From Candidatus Cloacimonadales bacterium (GTDB lineage: Bacteria; Cloacimonadota; Cloacimonadia; Cloacimonadales; JAFGVF01), in assembly GCA_963678315.1 (NCBI GenBank), contig OY782781.1, forward strand, positions 1,184,001 through 1,248,000: a stretch of DNA of 64,000 bases. The letters run 5' to 3'. The position numbers and the translations under genes were made by a program. The notes beneath the pieces are model-generated. The model was not told the DNA's origin and searched no databases. It saw only the letters and a program-made list of their open reading frames with translations. Of this stretch, positions 1 through 10,513 are shown piece after piece. The number at the start of each line of letters is the position of its first letter. The first letter of the stretch is position 1.

Positions 1-3000
1 TAAGAAGAATAGCAGTAGTATTCGATCCAGTAGAGTTAATGAAACTACATGCTTTCATACTAACTGAAGAGTTATATAACTCAACACCTCTTTGGTTGTT
101 AGGAAAGTCAATATCTTCCAAAGTTATAGACGAACTATTGTAAATAGATAGTGCTTTATTACAATTACTAAACTCTACGTATCTAGCATGAAGGTTTGCT
201 CCATTAAGTATCTGTATGCCTTTCCAATAAGAAAGCTTCCTATTATTGCATAAACCTTTCATCGTAATTTTATTATTAGGTAAAGCAAATATATCTAATG
301 AACTGTTCACTGTTATACCTTTGTTGTGGTTTGCAAACAATTCTACTCCTGGTGCAAATTCTAGTTTATCATCGTCAACAATAACGTCTCTAGTTAATTC
401 AACATTATTCCAAACAAAGTAGTCACTTTTTATTGCATCTGGTACTGGTTGTAAGAACTCTGAAGTACTTCTGCTGTTGTTACCCCTTTGCGACCACTGA
501 ACAGTAAAGTCAGTGGTATAATTAGAGAATGTAGATTTTTTTAGATACAGGTTTTGATTATCATATATCAAATACACTAAATCAGTAATATCATAATAAT
601 CGAAATGACCAGAAGCAATTGAGCTTATGTCCATAGAATTTGGAATATAAAAAGATAAGGTTTTCTCTTCATCACCATTGCTGTCTAGTGCTAAAACCTT
701 GTTGTAGTTTTTCTCATAAGTGATAACATCAACAACTCCATTGTTATCATTATCAGATATTACAAATGGTTTTAAGAATCTATGATGATGATGAAACTCT
801 AGTGCTCCAGGAATTCCTGTTGTCATCTGCCATTCTTCGTTTAAGAACTGTATAAAATTACCTGTTTCTGAATCTAATACTACACCATAAGTACTTAGTA
901 TAAGTTCTATACCTGGATTGGAAATATCAAAATCTCCACCAAGCAGTAGTCCAGCATCTCCTGGGAATTCATGGTTCACTTGATACTGTTCAGGTATATC
1001 ATTAACATCAAAGTCCCACACTAATTCGGGAATGTCATTATTGAAGTTATAACAAAAAGCTTTATTAATGGTTCTTTGACCATTAGTACCGTATGGATTA
1101 GCTATTACATTAAATCCTATATTGTAATATAAATATGGGAAGTCAAAATCTTCTTCATCAGGATGAGGATTACTGATTATAATATCTGTAGATGAGAAAT
1201 TTACAATGGTATCATTAGAAAATGTTGTTGATCCACCACCCAAGCCACCAAATAGAGATCCATGCTCAATTTCAAAAGACCATCCTGCCGGTGCTCTCCG
1301 TGTATCAGGTGTTAAAGTTATTTTCATTGGTGCGTAGAACAAAGTTGTATACTCTATGTTATTCTCTTGATATGTACTATCTGGTCGAGTTACTACAAAA
1401 ACAACTTCATTATAAATCGTTGAATCTATGTTGGCTGAGGCAATTGTGGATAAAATTCTAAAATCATCACCTATACCTGTATTATAAACTTCATAGCCAT
1501 TAGGGGAAGACAGAACATAAGATAAATAACTTTGAGGATTTTGTCCTGTGATATAGTCCCCTGCGACAACAATATCTAAGATACCATCACCATTAACATC
1601 ATTAACTAAAAAGGATGTTATTTCATGAATATAGGAGGCAATATCCTGTTCCTCAACAAGAGAAAATGTTTTATCGAAGATTAAGACTTTGTTAGTTGCT
1701 GAAGTGTGTATGACAATGATTATTTCTTTAGTTCCATCTCCCTCTAAGTCTGCAAAGACAGGCTTGATAGGATATGCAGTACCTACTGAAATGGTTGATA
1801 AACTACCATCTTTTATTATACAAAGGTGGTCACTAGTTCCATTGCTCGAAATGAAAGCAATTTCATCAATTTTATCTCCATCTATATCTCCAGTTGTAAC
1901 CTCACTTTTGGGACTAGTGTTTTGAAGTGTAATTTCAGTATCAAAGTCACCTAAGTTTGCTCTTTTATTGAGTTTAAAATATAGGGTGTCTGTTACACCA
2001 TCAACACTTGTAATCAATTCAAATGGAACTTCTCCAAATGAACTTGAATTTATATCAATTAAGAATGGAGTAAGGCTAGTGCTATAACTTCTATTAGCTA
2101 TAGGCGCCCATGTTGATACTCCATTAACTATTACTACTTCAGGGTCACTACACCTTAGAGTGCCTGTTATTACCTGGTTACAGTCAAGCCACCAATTCTT
2201 AAGTGACAAATCAATCGGTACGCTAGTTTTTTGCATAGGTAAACTCTTATATCCTTGAACATCAACACTGTGCATTCTAATAGTAGGATGAGATGTTTCA
2301 GTAAGAGCATTATAGATATTTAATCTACCAGAACCATACTTACCCATTACTTCAATACCCGGGTTTTTTATGGAAATATCATCAGCAGAACCTATTACCC
2401 TATCTCTAACTTGTTCAAACGTAAGGCTAGGAAAGTTCTGCTTTACTAGGGCAATTGCTGAAGTAACCATTGGAGTTGCCATAGATGTACCAGACATATA
2501 TCCGTAAGTAGAATTAATTCCAACAGATGGGTCATGACATGTAAATGTAGTATCATTTGGTAGAGTCGAGTATATCTTCCGATTTATAATAGATGAGTCA
2601 CCACCAGGTGCTGAAATATCGGTAAAAAACGACTTATTGGAGTAATCTGTGACAATATCATTTATATTAGTTGCAGCTACTGCAATAGTGTTTGCTAATG
2701 AAGCTGGTATTAGGTCAATTTCTCTGTAATCATTACCTACTGCACACATAAAAAAACAATCTTGATAAGTAGAGAGATAATCAACAAAGTATTGTAATTC
2801 AGTAGTCGACTGTTGATCGAATAAACTCCAAGAACAATTGAAAATATTAATATTATTAACAAAGGCATTTCTGATTCCAATGGTTAAACTACTGAGGAAG
2901 AATTCATCTTCATTACCACATTTGACAGAATATAGTTCACAACCAATAGCGTTCTGTTGATAGTCACCACCACAAATACCATCAATACCTAAAGAATTAT

Positions 3001-3652
3001 TAGAAGTTGCTGATATTATACCTGCTATATGGGTCCCATGACCATATTCATCGTGAGGGTCATCAATAGAATACTCGGAATACTCTCCACAACCATGTAG
3101 AGCATTATATCCATGAGAACCTGTAGGGGATGTGTATATGTTTTGTATTAAGTCTGGGTGTACTATGTCAGTTGTGTGATCTGCACCTAAATCAATTCCA
3201 GAATCAATAACAGCTATTTTCTGATTGGTACCTGTCATAGTATAGTTGCTAGCTACTAAGTCCATTCCAATTTTATTAAGATACCATTGTTCTGGAGACT
3301 TATTGTTACCATCTAACTCGACTAAGTAATCAGGATGGGCATTTAAGACATTGTTTTTTGAAACAAAATCAAGAATCAACTGCTCCATATCTAAACTATC
3401 TTTGTACTCCATCAAGTAGCAATATCTAGTTGTATTCGTGTCTTGTATATCATATATGTCATATAGTTTGTTTATTTTGTAGGCTTGTGACATTAAATTA
3501 AACCAGTGTTGAGAAGTGTTAAGAGAATCACTAAAAGTGTGATTGACGATAATTTCTGTATCTGTTGCAAAAACAATTGCCCTGTCTCTAACATTTGCAA
3601 AAATACCCAAAACCATAACTAGTATTATGCATGATAAAATAACCTTTTTCAT
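1..3652 (-). CDS. Secreted S8 (subtilisin-family) serine protease with FG-GAP-like repeats; runs off the left edge (partial)
   Basis: Absent from the ORF track; translated by hand in segments. ATG at 3652 follows GAGG, which overlaps the upstream TGA. Signal peptide MKKVILSCIILVMVLGIFA. Catalytic motifs VIDSG, HGTHIAG and GTSMATP. Repeats GDIDGDKIDEI, ADLEGDGTKEI and DVNGDGILDIV. The same frame is open at positions 2-58. Confidence 0.9.
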   Translation of the reverse strand, partial: MKKVILSCIILVMVLGIFANVRDRAIVFATDTEIIVNHTFSDSLNTSQHWFNLMSQAYKINKLYDIYDIQDTNTTRYCYLMEYKDSLDMEQLILDFVSKNNVLNAHPDYLVELDGNNKSPEQWYLNKIGMDLVASNYTMTGTNQKIAVIDSGIDLGADHTTDIVHPDLIQNIYTSPTGSHGYNALHGCGEYSEYSIDDPHDEYGHGTHIAGIISATSNNSLGIDGICGGDYQQNAIGCELYSVKCGNEDEFFLSSLTIGIRNAFVNNINIFNCSWSLFDQQSTTELQYFVDYLSTYQDCFFMCAVGNDYREIDLIPASLANTIAVAATNINDIVTDYSNKSFFTDISAPGGDSSIINRKIYSTLPNDTTFTCHDPSVGINSTYGYMSGTSMATPMVTSAIALVKQNFPSLTFEQVRDRVIGSADDISIKNPGIEVMGKYGSGRLNIYNALTETSHPTIRMHSVDVQGYKSLPMQKTSVPIDLSLKNWWLDCNQVITGTLRCSDPEVVIVNGVSTWAPIANRSYSTSLTPFLIDINSSSFGEVPFELITSVDGVTDTLYFKLNKRANLGDFDTEITLQNTSPKSEVTTGDIDGDKIDEIAFISSNGTSDHLCIIKDGSLSTISVGTAYPIKPVFADLEGDGTKEIIIVIHTSATNKVLIFDKTFSLVEEQDIASYIHEITSFLVNDVNGDGILDIVVAGDYITGQNPQSYLSYVLSSPNGYEVYNTGIGDDFRILSTIASANIDSTIYNEVVFVVTRPDSTYQENNIEYTTLFYAPMKITLTPDTRRAPAGWSFEIEHGSLFGGLGGGSTTFSNDTIVNFSSTDIIISNPHPDEEDFDFPYLYYNIGFNVIANPYGTNGQRTINKAFCYNFNNDIPELVWDFDVNDIPEQYQVNHEFPGDAGLLLGGDFDISNPGIELILSTYGVVLDSETGNFIQFLNEEWQMTTGIPGALEFHHHHRFLKPFVISDNDNNGVVDVITYEKNYNKVLALDSNGDEEKTLSFYIPNSMDISSIASGHFDYYDITDLVYLIYDNQNLYLKKSTFSNYTTDFTVQWSQRGNNSRSTSEFLQPVPDAIKSDYFVWNNVELTRDVIVDDDKLEFAPGVELFANHNKGITVNSSLDIFALPNNKITMKGLCNNRKLSYWKGIQILNGANLHARYVEFSNCNKALSIYNSSSITLEDIDFPNNQRGVELYNSSVSMKACSFINSTGSNTTAILL

Positions 3653-3662
3653 ATTATAAACC

Positions 3663-4655
3663 TCACTTGATAACTATTTTTTTTGTTATATCTTTGTATG
3701 CTTTACCATCTGTTAATCTACTCTTTACCAGATATACTCCTGATGATAGATTAGCTGGTAGTTTGATTTCTAAATTTGATGTTTTGTTATCTAATTTTCT
3801 TTGATTATAGACTAATTGACCTTTGATATTATAAATATTTACGTTTTGAATATATTGTCCTGATTTAGCGTTTAGAGATAAATCAGATTTAGTTGGATTT
3901 GGATAACAATGCATATCGAATTGTGCTAGTTCTAGCTCATTATCACTATTAGGGGTTGGGATAAAGTAGAATTCTAGTCTTGGGGCATGGTCATTGCCAC
4001 AAAGAATATTAGATGTTGAAGTGGAAAAATGAATATTATCACTTCTATCATCTAAGTCTGATTCTGTATCAAAGTGGATCATAAGCTTGAAGCTCTCCTC
4101 TTGATAATGGTCACGTGAAGCAAGATAGGCTTGGGTAATATCTACGCTTCTAAAACCATAGTCCCCGTCATCTGATGCATCTGTTAAAATACCAACATGT
4201 CTTGATTCAGAAGGATAGAAAGAACCAGCTAAATCAGAAAAATCAAAGTCAACCTCTGTAATTTTTACAGGTGGTTGATTAATACCAAAGAGAGGATAGG
4301 TATTGGACATATCATTGCCAAGAATTGAACCTCTAAACATCTTGAAGATAACAGCATAGACTGTTAAACCTTCTGGGATTTCAATAAAAGGGTATTCTTG
4401 ATACCATTTTTTCATTTTTTGCTCGTCAGTGAAAGCAGAGGCCACATCTCCAATAGATCTTTCTGGATTTTGATAATTATTAAGTAAGAAATAGACATCA
4501 TCCTGAATTTGATTCATATAATAGCATTGTTTTACGATTAGACGATCATTATCTGGATCTAATAGTTGGACGATAGTATTGGAAGTATCTCCAAATAAAG
4601 TTATAAATGTAAAACAAAGAATTAAAACCAAAACAATTTTCTTGTACGAAATCAT
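3663..4655 (-). CDS. Secreted protein with C-terminal T9SS/FlgD-like sorting domain
   Basis: Signal peptide and C-terminal YPNP...IYNIKGQLV...SSGVYLVK...KKIVIK. Start moved to ATG 4655, which follows GGAG. Confidence 0.8.
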   Translation of the reverse strand: MISYKKIVLVLILCFTFITLFGDTSNTIVQLLDPDNDRLIVKQCYYMNQIQDDVYFLLNNYQNPERSIGDVASAFTDEQKMKKWYQEYPFIEIPEGLTVYAVIFKMFRGSILGNDMSNTYPLFGINQPPVKITEVDFDFSDLAGSFYPSESRHVGILTDASDDGDYGFRSVDITQAYLASRDHYQEESFKLMIHFDTESDLDDRSDNIHFSTSTSNILCGNDHAPRLEFYFIPTPNSDNELELAQFDMHCYPNPTKSDLSLNAKSGQYIQNVNIYNIKGQLVYNQRKLDNKTSNLEIKLPANLSSGVYLVKSRLTDGKAYKDITKKIVIK

Positions 4656-4682
4656 ATAAAAGCTCCTTGTTATCAAATAAGG

Positions 4683-4703
4683 GCTACTACACCGTGTAGT
4701 AGC
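4683..4703. promoter_or_regulatory. Perfect inverted repeat in the leader of the protease operon (operator or hairpin)
   Basis: GCTACTACAC-C-GTGTAGTAGC, between the promoter and the RBS. Confidence 0.45.
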
Positions 4704-4724
4704 TATAAATGCCTAACATGATTA

Positions 4725-4753
4725 ATTATGCAACATTATCTGAATTGTGTCAA
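4725..4753 (-). promoter_or_regulatory. Sigma70-type promoter
   Basis: TTGACA-N17-CATAAT on the minus strand. Confidence 0.55.
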
Positions 4754-4820
4754 GAAAAAAATAGACTGATATTCTTGAAGTAGATCGAGTAATTACAACT
4801 TAGGTTTTATTAGACAAAAC

Positions 4821-4849
4821 AAAAAGCCCACAACAAATTGTGAGCTTTT
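4821..4849 (-). terminator. Intrinsic terminator after the C25 gene
   Basis: AAAAGCCCACAA-CAAA-TTGTGAGCTTTT stem with a U-tract on the minus strand. Confidence 0.65.
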
Positions 4850-4864
4850 AGATATTGTATGATA

Positions 4865-7800
4865 CTATTTCATAAGAATCATTTTCTTAGTATCAGTTTT
4901 AGAAGCAACTTTTAGTTTAGTGAAGTATATTCCGGAAGCAACTCTTTGATTATTAGAGTTTAAACCATTCCAAACAGCTCTATAAGTTCCAGGAGCTTTC
5001 ATATCATTAACTAAAGTAGTAACTTTTTGTCCTTTGATATTGTATATTTCAAGACTTACTTTCTCAGCACTTTTACTATTGATAGAAGGAACAGAGTATT
5101 CAATTGTTGTCTCAGGGTTAAATGGATTTGGGTAGTTTCCTTTAATCTCTGCCACTACAGGTAAAACTTCACTATCAGTGTTTGCTGTTGGAAGGTCAAC
5201 AACTAAATCATCGATATACCAACCTTCATCTGTAGTATAACCGTCTGCTGCAAAGATAAATCTGAACTTAACAGTTCCTGTCATGTTTCCAATTGGGAAT
5301 TCTGCAAGAGTCCATGAAAATGAACCAGAATATACTGGGGTGTAAGCAGGTATAGGGTTAGCATCGTTATCTCTTAATGAATAAGGATAATCGCCTAATG
5401 GAGTAATTAACATAAATTGGCCGTTATTAACTGACATTTCTACATAGCCTCCATCCCAAGCATAGTTTTGGTTCTGTATATCGCGTTCAGCTTTCATCCA
5501 ATGATAGAATTTTAAAACTGAACCTGGTTCTACGTTAAAGCTTGGTGTTTCTAAGTATCCGTAGGAAGAGTTAGCATAGTCACTATCTCCTTCACCACCA
5601 AATTTGATAGAAGAAGTACCATTTTCTGTATGGTTTCGGTTTGTAGAAACAGCCCATTGATTATTGCTTGATGGGGTAGGATCAACAATACTAAAGCCCA
5701 TTAAGCCTGATTCAAAAGTAAATTGGTCAACGCCAATAATGAAGTCATGATTTACACTTGTTGTGTTGTAGTGTGGATCTAAGACTAGAACTTGAACATT
5801 ACCCATAGCGCCATCTTGTACAGTCTCAGCTATATTGATAGTGAAGATATCATTTAACTCAACAGATTCACCTGGAGCAAGATTTGAGATATTGTAAGAT
5901 AGATGTGAAAATGTGATTTCTCCCATTGTAGAGAAGAACATTAAGCTAACATTATCAGAGTAACCTGAACCATTATTAGTAATAGTAAGATTCATAGGTA
6001 TATCCATACCTGTTTCAGCAGATACTGTTTCAGTAACTAGACTAAGGTTATCAACAACTAGGTTTGAAGCATTTAAAGTAACATACTTCTCGTTAACTGA
6101 TTGATTATCTCCGAAGTAACTAATAATTCTAACGGTTGCAGTTTCACCATCATCATGTCCACCTAAGTTCTTAATTTCAAAGATATCTTCAAAGTCGATA
6201 ACCTGGTTACCTGTCATGGTTCCAATATATAAAGAATCTTCGATAACTTCTATATTGGAGTTTTCACAGAATAGTTTTAAATAAACATCTTCATTGAGCT
6301 CATCTGAACCAAAGTTCTTAACAGAGAAGTCAAAACCAAGAGTATTGTTAACACTGAAGACTTCTGATTCCATGTTAGTAGTTACATTAACTGTTCCCAC
6401 AAAAGCTTGATCAGATTCAATAATCTCAATATCAATAGTTCTTGGTAAAGAATTTGGAGCTGTGATAAATAGTTGATATTCTCCTGCTAAGAGAGTTTGT
6501 GATGTAATGACTGCTATGTTACCTAGGAAATCTTTTTCTCCTGACCATAAGATATCATCACCATCCATAAGAGATACTTTAACATCATCAGTAGTAATAT
6601 CAAGCGGATAAGAGGATTGTCCCATTGTCCATACAGTTGAAATGTTTTCTTCTATCATACCAGGAGTATCAGTCCACAAGAGCATTGCTGGGTCACCAAA
6701 AAGAGTAGTTTGATAATAACACCAGAACATAGTAGGACTGTCCATTCTTGGGATATTATCTACTTTTGCATCATTAAGAGATTCACCTATGCTATAAATT
6801 CCTTCAGTAAATATTGCATCTACCCATTCTCTATGGAAGTATTGAGAAGCTCCATTAGTAGAACCTTGAGAACCCCAACCATAGCGACTGTTAGAAATCA
6901 TTGCCACTGCAGAGTTATCTAATGCTGTGAATTTTTCTGAGATACAGTCTTCAATATATTGACCTACTTCTGTACCACGGTTATCAAAAGCACCAGCATA
7001 ACAACCTTGAGAAAAATCAACTGAGAAGTTAGATGTGATACCATTATTGGTGATGTTTGAAGTTGTAACATAATCATTAGAAATACGCATATTGTAAGTT
7101 GTATTAGAGTGACCTAAATGGTTTATGTATGTAGGACCTTGATTTAAGTAAGGGAATAAATCATTACCGTTCCATGAACCATCACCGCCATTATCTCTAT
7201 CGTATAGTTTAGGGAATGTCCAGTTCTCTGGGTAACCAGTAGTTGAATAACCGTACATATTAGTATTACCAATGAGTTCATCCATGTAGTCACCACCATA
7301 AGTAGGTCCTTCCCAGAGCCATTCACCACACATGAAAGATGTAGTAACTTGATCGACTACAGGTTCTTCAGTAAATTTATAAATTTTATTTAGGATATTG
7401 TCTAATTCATTAACATTATTATAACAGATTCTACCTATAGCTAATTCAGGATAAAGGTCAGCATCCATTTCTTCGCCGAAGACGTCATTTCCATCATAGT
7501 CAAAGCTACCGTCTAAATTAGAGTAATAACAATCGGCAGGGATATCGAAGTCAGCTTGTGCATCATTATCAGCCCAAAATCCTCTATGAGGAATAACATC
7601 ATCATCACCAGCTAAAAGGACATAAGAAAGGTCATTAACGTCTTGTGAATAGTAATATTTGATATATTCTCTAATCTTGTCTTGTAAATCATCAAAGTCT
7701 GCATTGTTAGGTACATTGTTTGCTTGGATTGATTCAACAGAAAGAAGTTCAACATTTAGATTTCTTGCTTCATGATAATGTTTAATATCTTCAATCTGAG

Positions 7801-8476
7801 CTAAGTAATCTTGAGGATAAATAATAAGATAATCTATGCCATTATTTCTAGTGTTGTAACTAAAATTTACAGCTTCAGGATTATCAACAGATCTAACTAT
7901 TCTGTTATATATGTTTTTATTTTCTTTGTATAAATCTTGGCTTTCAGAAGCTCTTTGAGTGTATTCAGTATTTACAGAAATTGTGATTTCATCATACCAA
8001 GTTATTGTATTATTAGCAGGGTTATATTCAACAGCGTTTACAGCAAATGTTGCTATACTGTGACCAGCGATAAAGTCTGTTCTTAAATTCTTAACTTCAT
8101 TACCAGGAAAGCTCTTATCAAGAGAGTAGTATTCTTGGTTTGGCTCAGTAAAATATGATTCATCCATCTTAGATAAAGGGAATTGTTGTTGAGCTGGAAT
8201 TAGTCTATTTGTAAGTTTAATAGTGCTTTGTCCGCTTCTTTTAACTTGTACATTAACTGCTTCTTTACCAGAACCGATATATAATGATACTGGACTGTAA
8301 GTGATTGCAGGTTGGCCAGGTACACCATTTATGAATGTATTTTCTTGAACTATTGTTGCATATTCACCAGAGTACTTAACTTGTGGCTTGTCAAATGAGT
8401 ATGTCTTTGTTACTGTCGATGCAAAGACACTTGTTGCTAATAAAACTAATAAAATTAGAATGATACTTTTCTTCAT
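4865..8476 (-). CDS. C25 (gingipain-like) cysteine protease with propeptide, Ig-like domains and FlgD/T9SS-like C-terminus
   Basis: YVLLAGD, PELAIGR, catalytic His (HLGHSN) and Cys (SQGCYAG), LFGDP, C-terminal NYPNPFNP...SGIYF...KKMILMK. Confidence 0.88.
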   Translation of the reverse strand: MKKSIILILLVLLATSVFASTVTKTYSFDKPQVKYSGEYATIVQENTFINGVPGQPAITYSPVSLYIGSGKEAVNVQVKRSGQSTIKLTNRLIPAQQQFPLSKMDESYFTEPNQEYYSLDKSFPGNEVKNLRTDFIAGHSIATFAVNAVEYNPANNTITWYDEITISVNTEYTQRASESQDLYKENKNIYNRIVRSVDNPEAVNFSYNTRNNGIDYLIIYPQDYLAQIEDIKHYHEARNLNVELLSVESIQANNVPNNADFDDLQDKIREYIKYYYSQDVNDLSYVLLAGDDDVIPHRGFWADNDAQADFDIPADCYYSNLDGSFDYDGNDVFGEEMDADLYPELAIGRICYNNVNELDNILNKIYKFTEEPVVDQVTTSFMCGEWLWEGPTYGGDYMDELIGNTNMYGYSTTGYPENWTFPKLYDRDNGGDGSWNGNDLFPYLNQGPTYINHLGHSNTTYNMRISNDYVTTSNITNNGITSNFSVDFSQGCYAGAFDNRGTEVGQYIEDCISEKFTALDNSAVAMISNSRYGWGSQGSTNGASQYFHREWVDAIFTEGIYSIGESLNDAKVDNIPRMDSPTMFWCYYQTTLFGDPAMLLWTDTPGMIEENISTVWTMGQSSYPLDITTDDVKVSLMDGDDILWSGEKDFLGNIAVITSQTLLAGEYQLFITAPNSLPRTIDIEIIESDQAFVGTVNVTTNMESEVFSVNNTLGFDFSVKNFGSDELNEDVYLKLFCENSNIEVIEDSLYIGTMTGNQVIDFEDIFEIKNLGGHDDGETATVRIISYFGDNQSVNEKYVTLNASNLVVDNLSLVTETVSAETGMDIPMNLTITNNGSGYSDNVSLMFFSTMGEITFSHLSYNISNLAPGESVELNDIFTINIAETVQDGAMGNVQVLVLDPHYNTTSVNHDFIIGVDQFTFESGLMGFSIVDPTPSSNNQWAVSTNRNHTENGTSSIKFGGEGDSDYANSSYGYLETPSFNVEPGSVLKFYHWMKAERDIQNQNYAWDGGYVEMSVNNGQFMLITPLGDYPYSLRDNDANPIPAYTPVYSGSFSWTLAEFPIGNMTGTVKFRFIFAADGYTTDEGWYIDDLVVDLPTANTDSEVLPVVAEIKGNYPNPFNPETTIEYSVPSINSKSAEKVSLEIYNIKGQKVTTLVNDMKAPGTYRAVWNGLNSNNQRVASGIYFTKLKVASKTDTKKMILMK

Positions 8477-8613
8477 CTATCCTCCATTTGGAATATATAT
8501 AATTACTAAAATAATATGCAAGCACTTAGCCAGAGATATAGTTTAATTACTTAAATGCATATAACTTATATTAAACTGCGTGTTGTTTTGAGTGAGTGGA
8601 AATAAAATCTTGA

Positions 8614-10503
8614 TTACTGGTCAGTGATTTCTTCTAGCTCTTCTAATCTCATTAACTTATCAAGAGATTCTTCTTCTAATTTGAGCTGTTCATTGGATAG
8701 GTCTTGGAAGTCTTGAGATGTTAGATTAGCTGCATTAGTTTCAATTGTATTTGTTATCTCGGCTAATCTTCTTTCAATAAACTCTAACCTAGAATTAATC
8801 TCTTCAAGTTCTTTCTTCTCTTTGAAAGATAACTTCTTTTTAACTGTCTTGACCTTTTGTGTTTTGACTTTATCAAGCTCTTCATCTTCTTCTTTTTGGA
8901 ATCTCTTGACTAGTAAGTAGTCTGAATAGTTACCAGCGAACTTTTTAATCTTGTTATCTTGGAAGATAAACAAGAAATCACAAACTCTATCCAAGAAGAA
9001 TCTATCATGGGAAACAACTAGAACACAACCGTCAAAAGCATCTAAGTAGTCTTCCAGAATCTTTAATGTTCTGATGTCTAAATCATTAGTAGGTTCATCA
9101 AGAATAATAAAGTTTGCTCCAAACATAAGAGATTTAAGTAAGTAAAGCCTTTTCTTTTCTCCACCAGATAGAGAAGATATTTTAGCTTGTTGCATCTTCC
9201 TGTCGAACAAGAATCTTTCCAGCATTTCAGCAGCTGAATGCAAAACACCGTCTTTGGTCCTTATATTATCGGCATAACTTGAAATATATTGATGAACAGA
9301 CTCTTTTTCAGGCATTGAATCAGCTTCTTGCTTAAAGTAAGCAAACTGAGTATTTACACCTAAAGTAACTTTACCAATGGTTGGTTTAAGCTCTTTGGTT
9401 AAGATTTTAAGTAAAGTGGTTTTACCGCAACCATTATCACCAATGATGCCAATTCTTTCAAACTTTTGGAACACATGTGAAAATCCATTGATAAGTGATT
9501 TATCATCGTATTGATGCTCAATGTTTCCTAGTTCAAGTATTCTTTTACCCATTCTATGTGACTGGAAAGATATGTCTAAATCTTGTTGTTCAATTAGATA
9601 TGATTTATCTAGAAGCTCTTTAACCCTATCAACATGATTCTTAGGCTTGGAAGATCTTGCCTTTGCGCCTCTTTTAAGCCATTTAAGCTCTTTTTGTAGT
9701 TGAGCTTTACGCCTAGTTTCTTTTCGCTGTAAATCAATATTCTCCATCTCTTTCTTTTCTACATAATAAGAATAATTACCTTCAAAGAAATTAACACTTC
9801 CTTCATCAAGTTCCATGATTTTATTGGAAACACTGTCTAGAAAGTATCTGTCATGAGTTACGAATATAATTGTTCCTTTATAGTCAGCTAAATAGTTTTG
9901 TAGCCATTCTATAGAATCAATATCTAAGTGGTTAGTAGGTTCATCAAGAATAAGAATATCAGGTTCTTGAAGAAGTATACTTGCTAAGTCAACCTTACGC
10001 TTCTGACCACCAGATAGAAATCTAATTTTCTGGGAATACTCACTGATTCCAAGCTTAGTAAGATAACTCTTAGCTTTTGCTTCAATGCTCCATGCCTGCT
10101 TTTGTTCAATCTTTTCAGCTAAATGAGCAAGCTTATCCCAATTCTCTTGGATAGGATTAAGATTACTTTCTTCGGAAGCAAGGTAATAGTCTTTTAGTAG
10201 TTTCATCTCTTCTCGGTCAGAAGAATAAATCTGCTCTAAAATGGATAGGTTCTCATCTAATTCAGGAATCTGTTGTAAATAACCAATTTTGAGATTATTT
10301 CTGTAAGTAATGTTACCTGAATCAACCTCTTCTTTGCCTGTTAATATTTTTAGAAAGGTTGTCTTTCCACAACCATTAACACCAATTATTCCAATCTTTT
10401 CCCCAGAATGAATACCAAAATTTGCTTCATTTAATATATCTTTATCAACAAATGTTTTATTAACATTATTTACTGTAACTAATATTTCTCCAACAGAAAT
10501 CAA
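8614..10503 (-). CDS. ABC-F family ATPase (Uup-like)
   Basis: Two ABC domains (GVNGCGKTT, GDNGCGKTT, LSGG, LDEPTN), no TM segments, C-terminal coiled coil. Confidence 0.9.
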   Translation of the reverse strand: MISVGEILVTVNNVNKTFVDKDILNEANFGIHSGEKIGIIGVNGCGKTTFLKILTGKEEVDSGNITYRNNLKIGYLQQIPELDENLSILEQIYSSDREEMKLLKDYYLASEESNLNPIQENWDKLAHLAEKIEQKQAWSIEAKAKSYLTKLGISEYSQKIRFLSGGQKRKVDLASILLQEPDILILDEPTNHLDIDSIEWLQNYLADYKGTIIFVTHDRYFLDSVSNKIMELDEGSVNFFEGNYSYYVEKKEMENIDLQRKETRRKAQLQKELKWLKRGAKARSSKPKNHVDRVKELLDKSYLIEQQDLDISFQSHRMGKRILELGNIEHQYDDKSLINGFSHVFQKFERIGIIGDNGCGKTTLLKILTKELKPTIGKVTLGVNTQFAYFKQEADSMPEKESVHQYISSYADNIRTKDGVLHSAAEMLERFLFDRKMQQAKISSLSGGEKKRLYLLKSLMFGANFIILDEPTNDLDIRTLKILEDYLDAFDGCVLVVSHDRFFLDRVCDFLFIFQDNKIKKFAGNYSDYLLVKRFQKEEDEELDKVKTQKVKTVKKKLSFKEKKELEEINSRLEFIERRLAEITNTIETNAANLTSQDFQDLSNEQLKLEEESLDKLMRLEELEEITDQ

Positions 10504-10513
10504 TATATATTCC

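Noticed and set aside
1222..1925. Short plus-strand ORFs 1222-1461 and 1689-1925
   Set aside because: Antisense shadows of the S8 protease gene.
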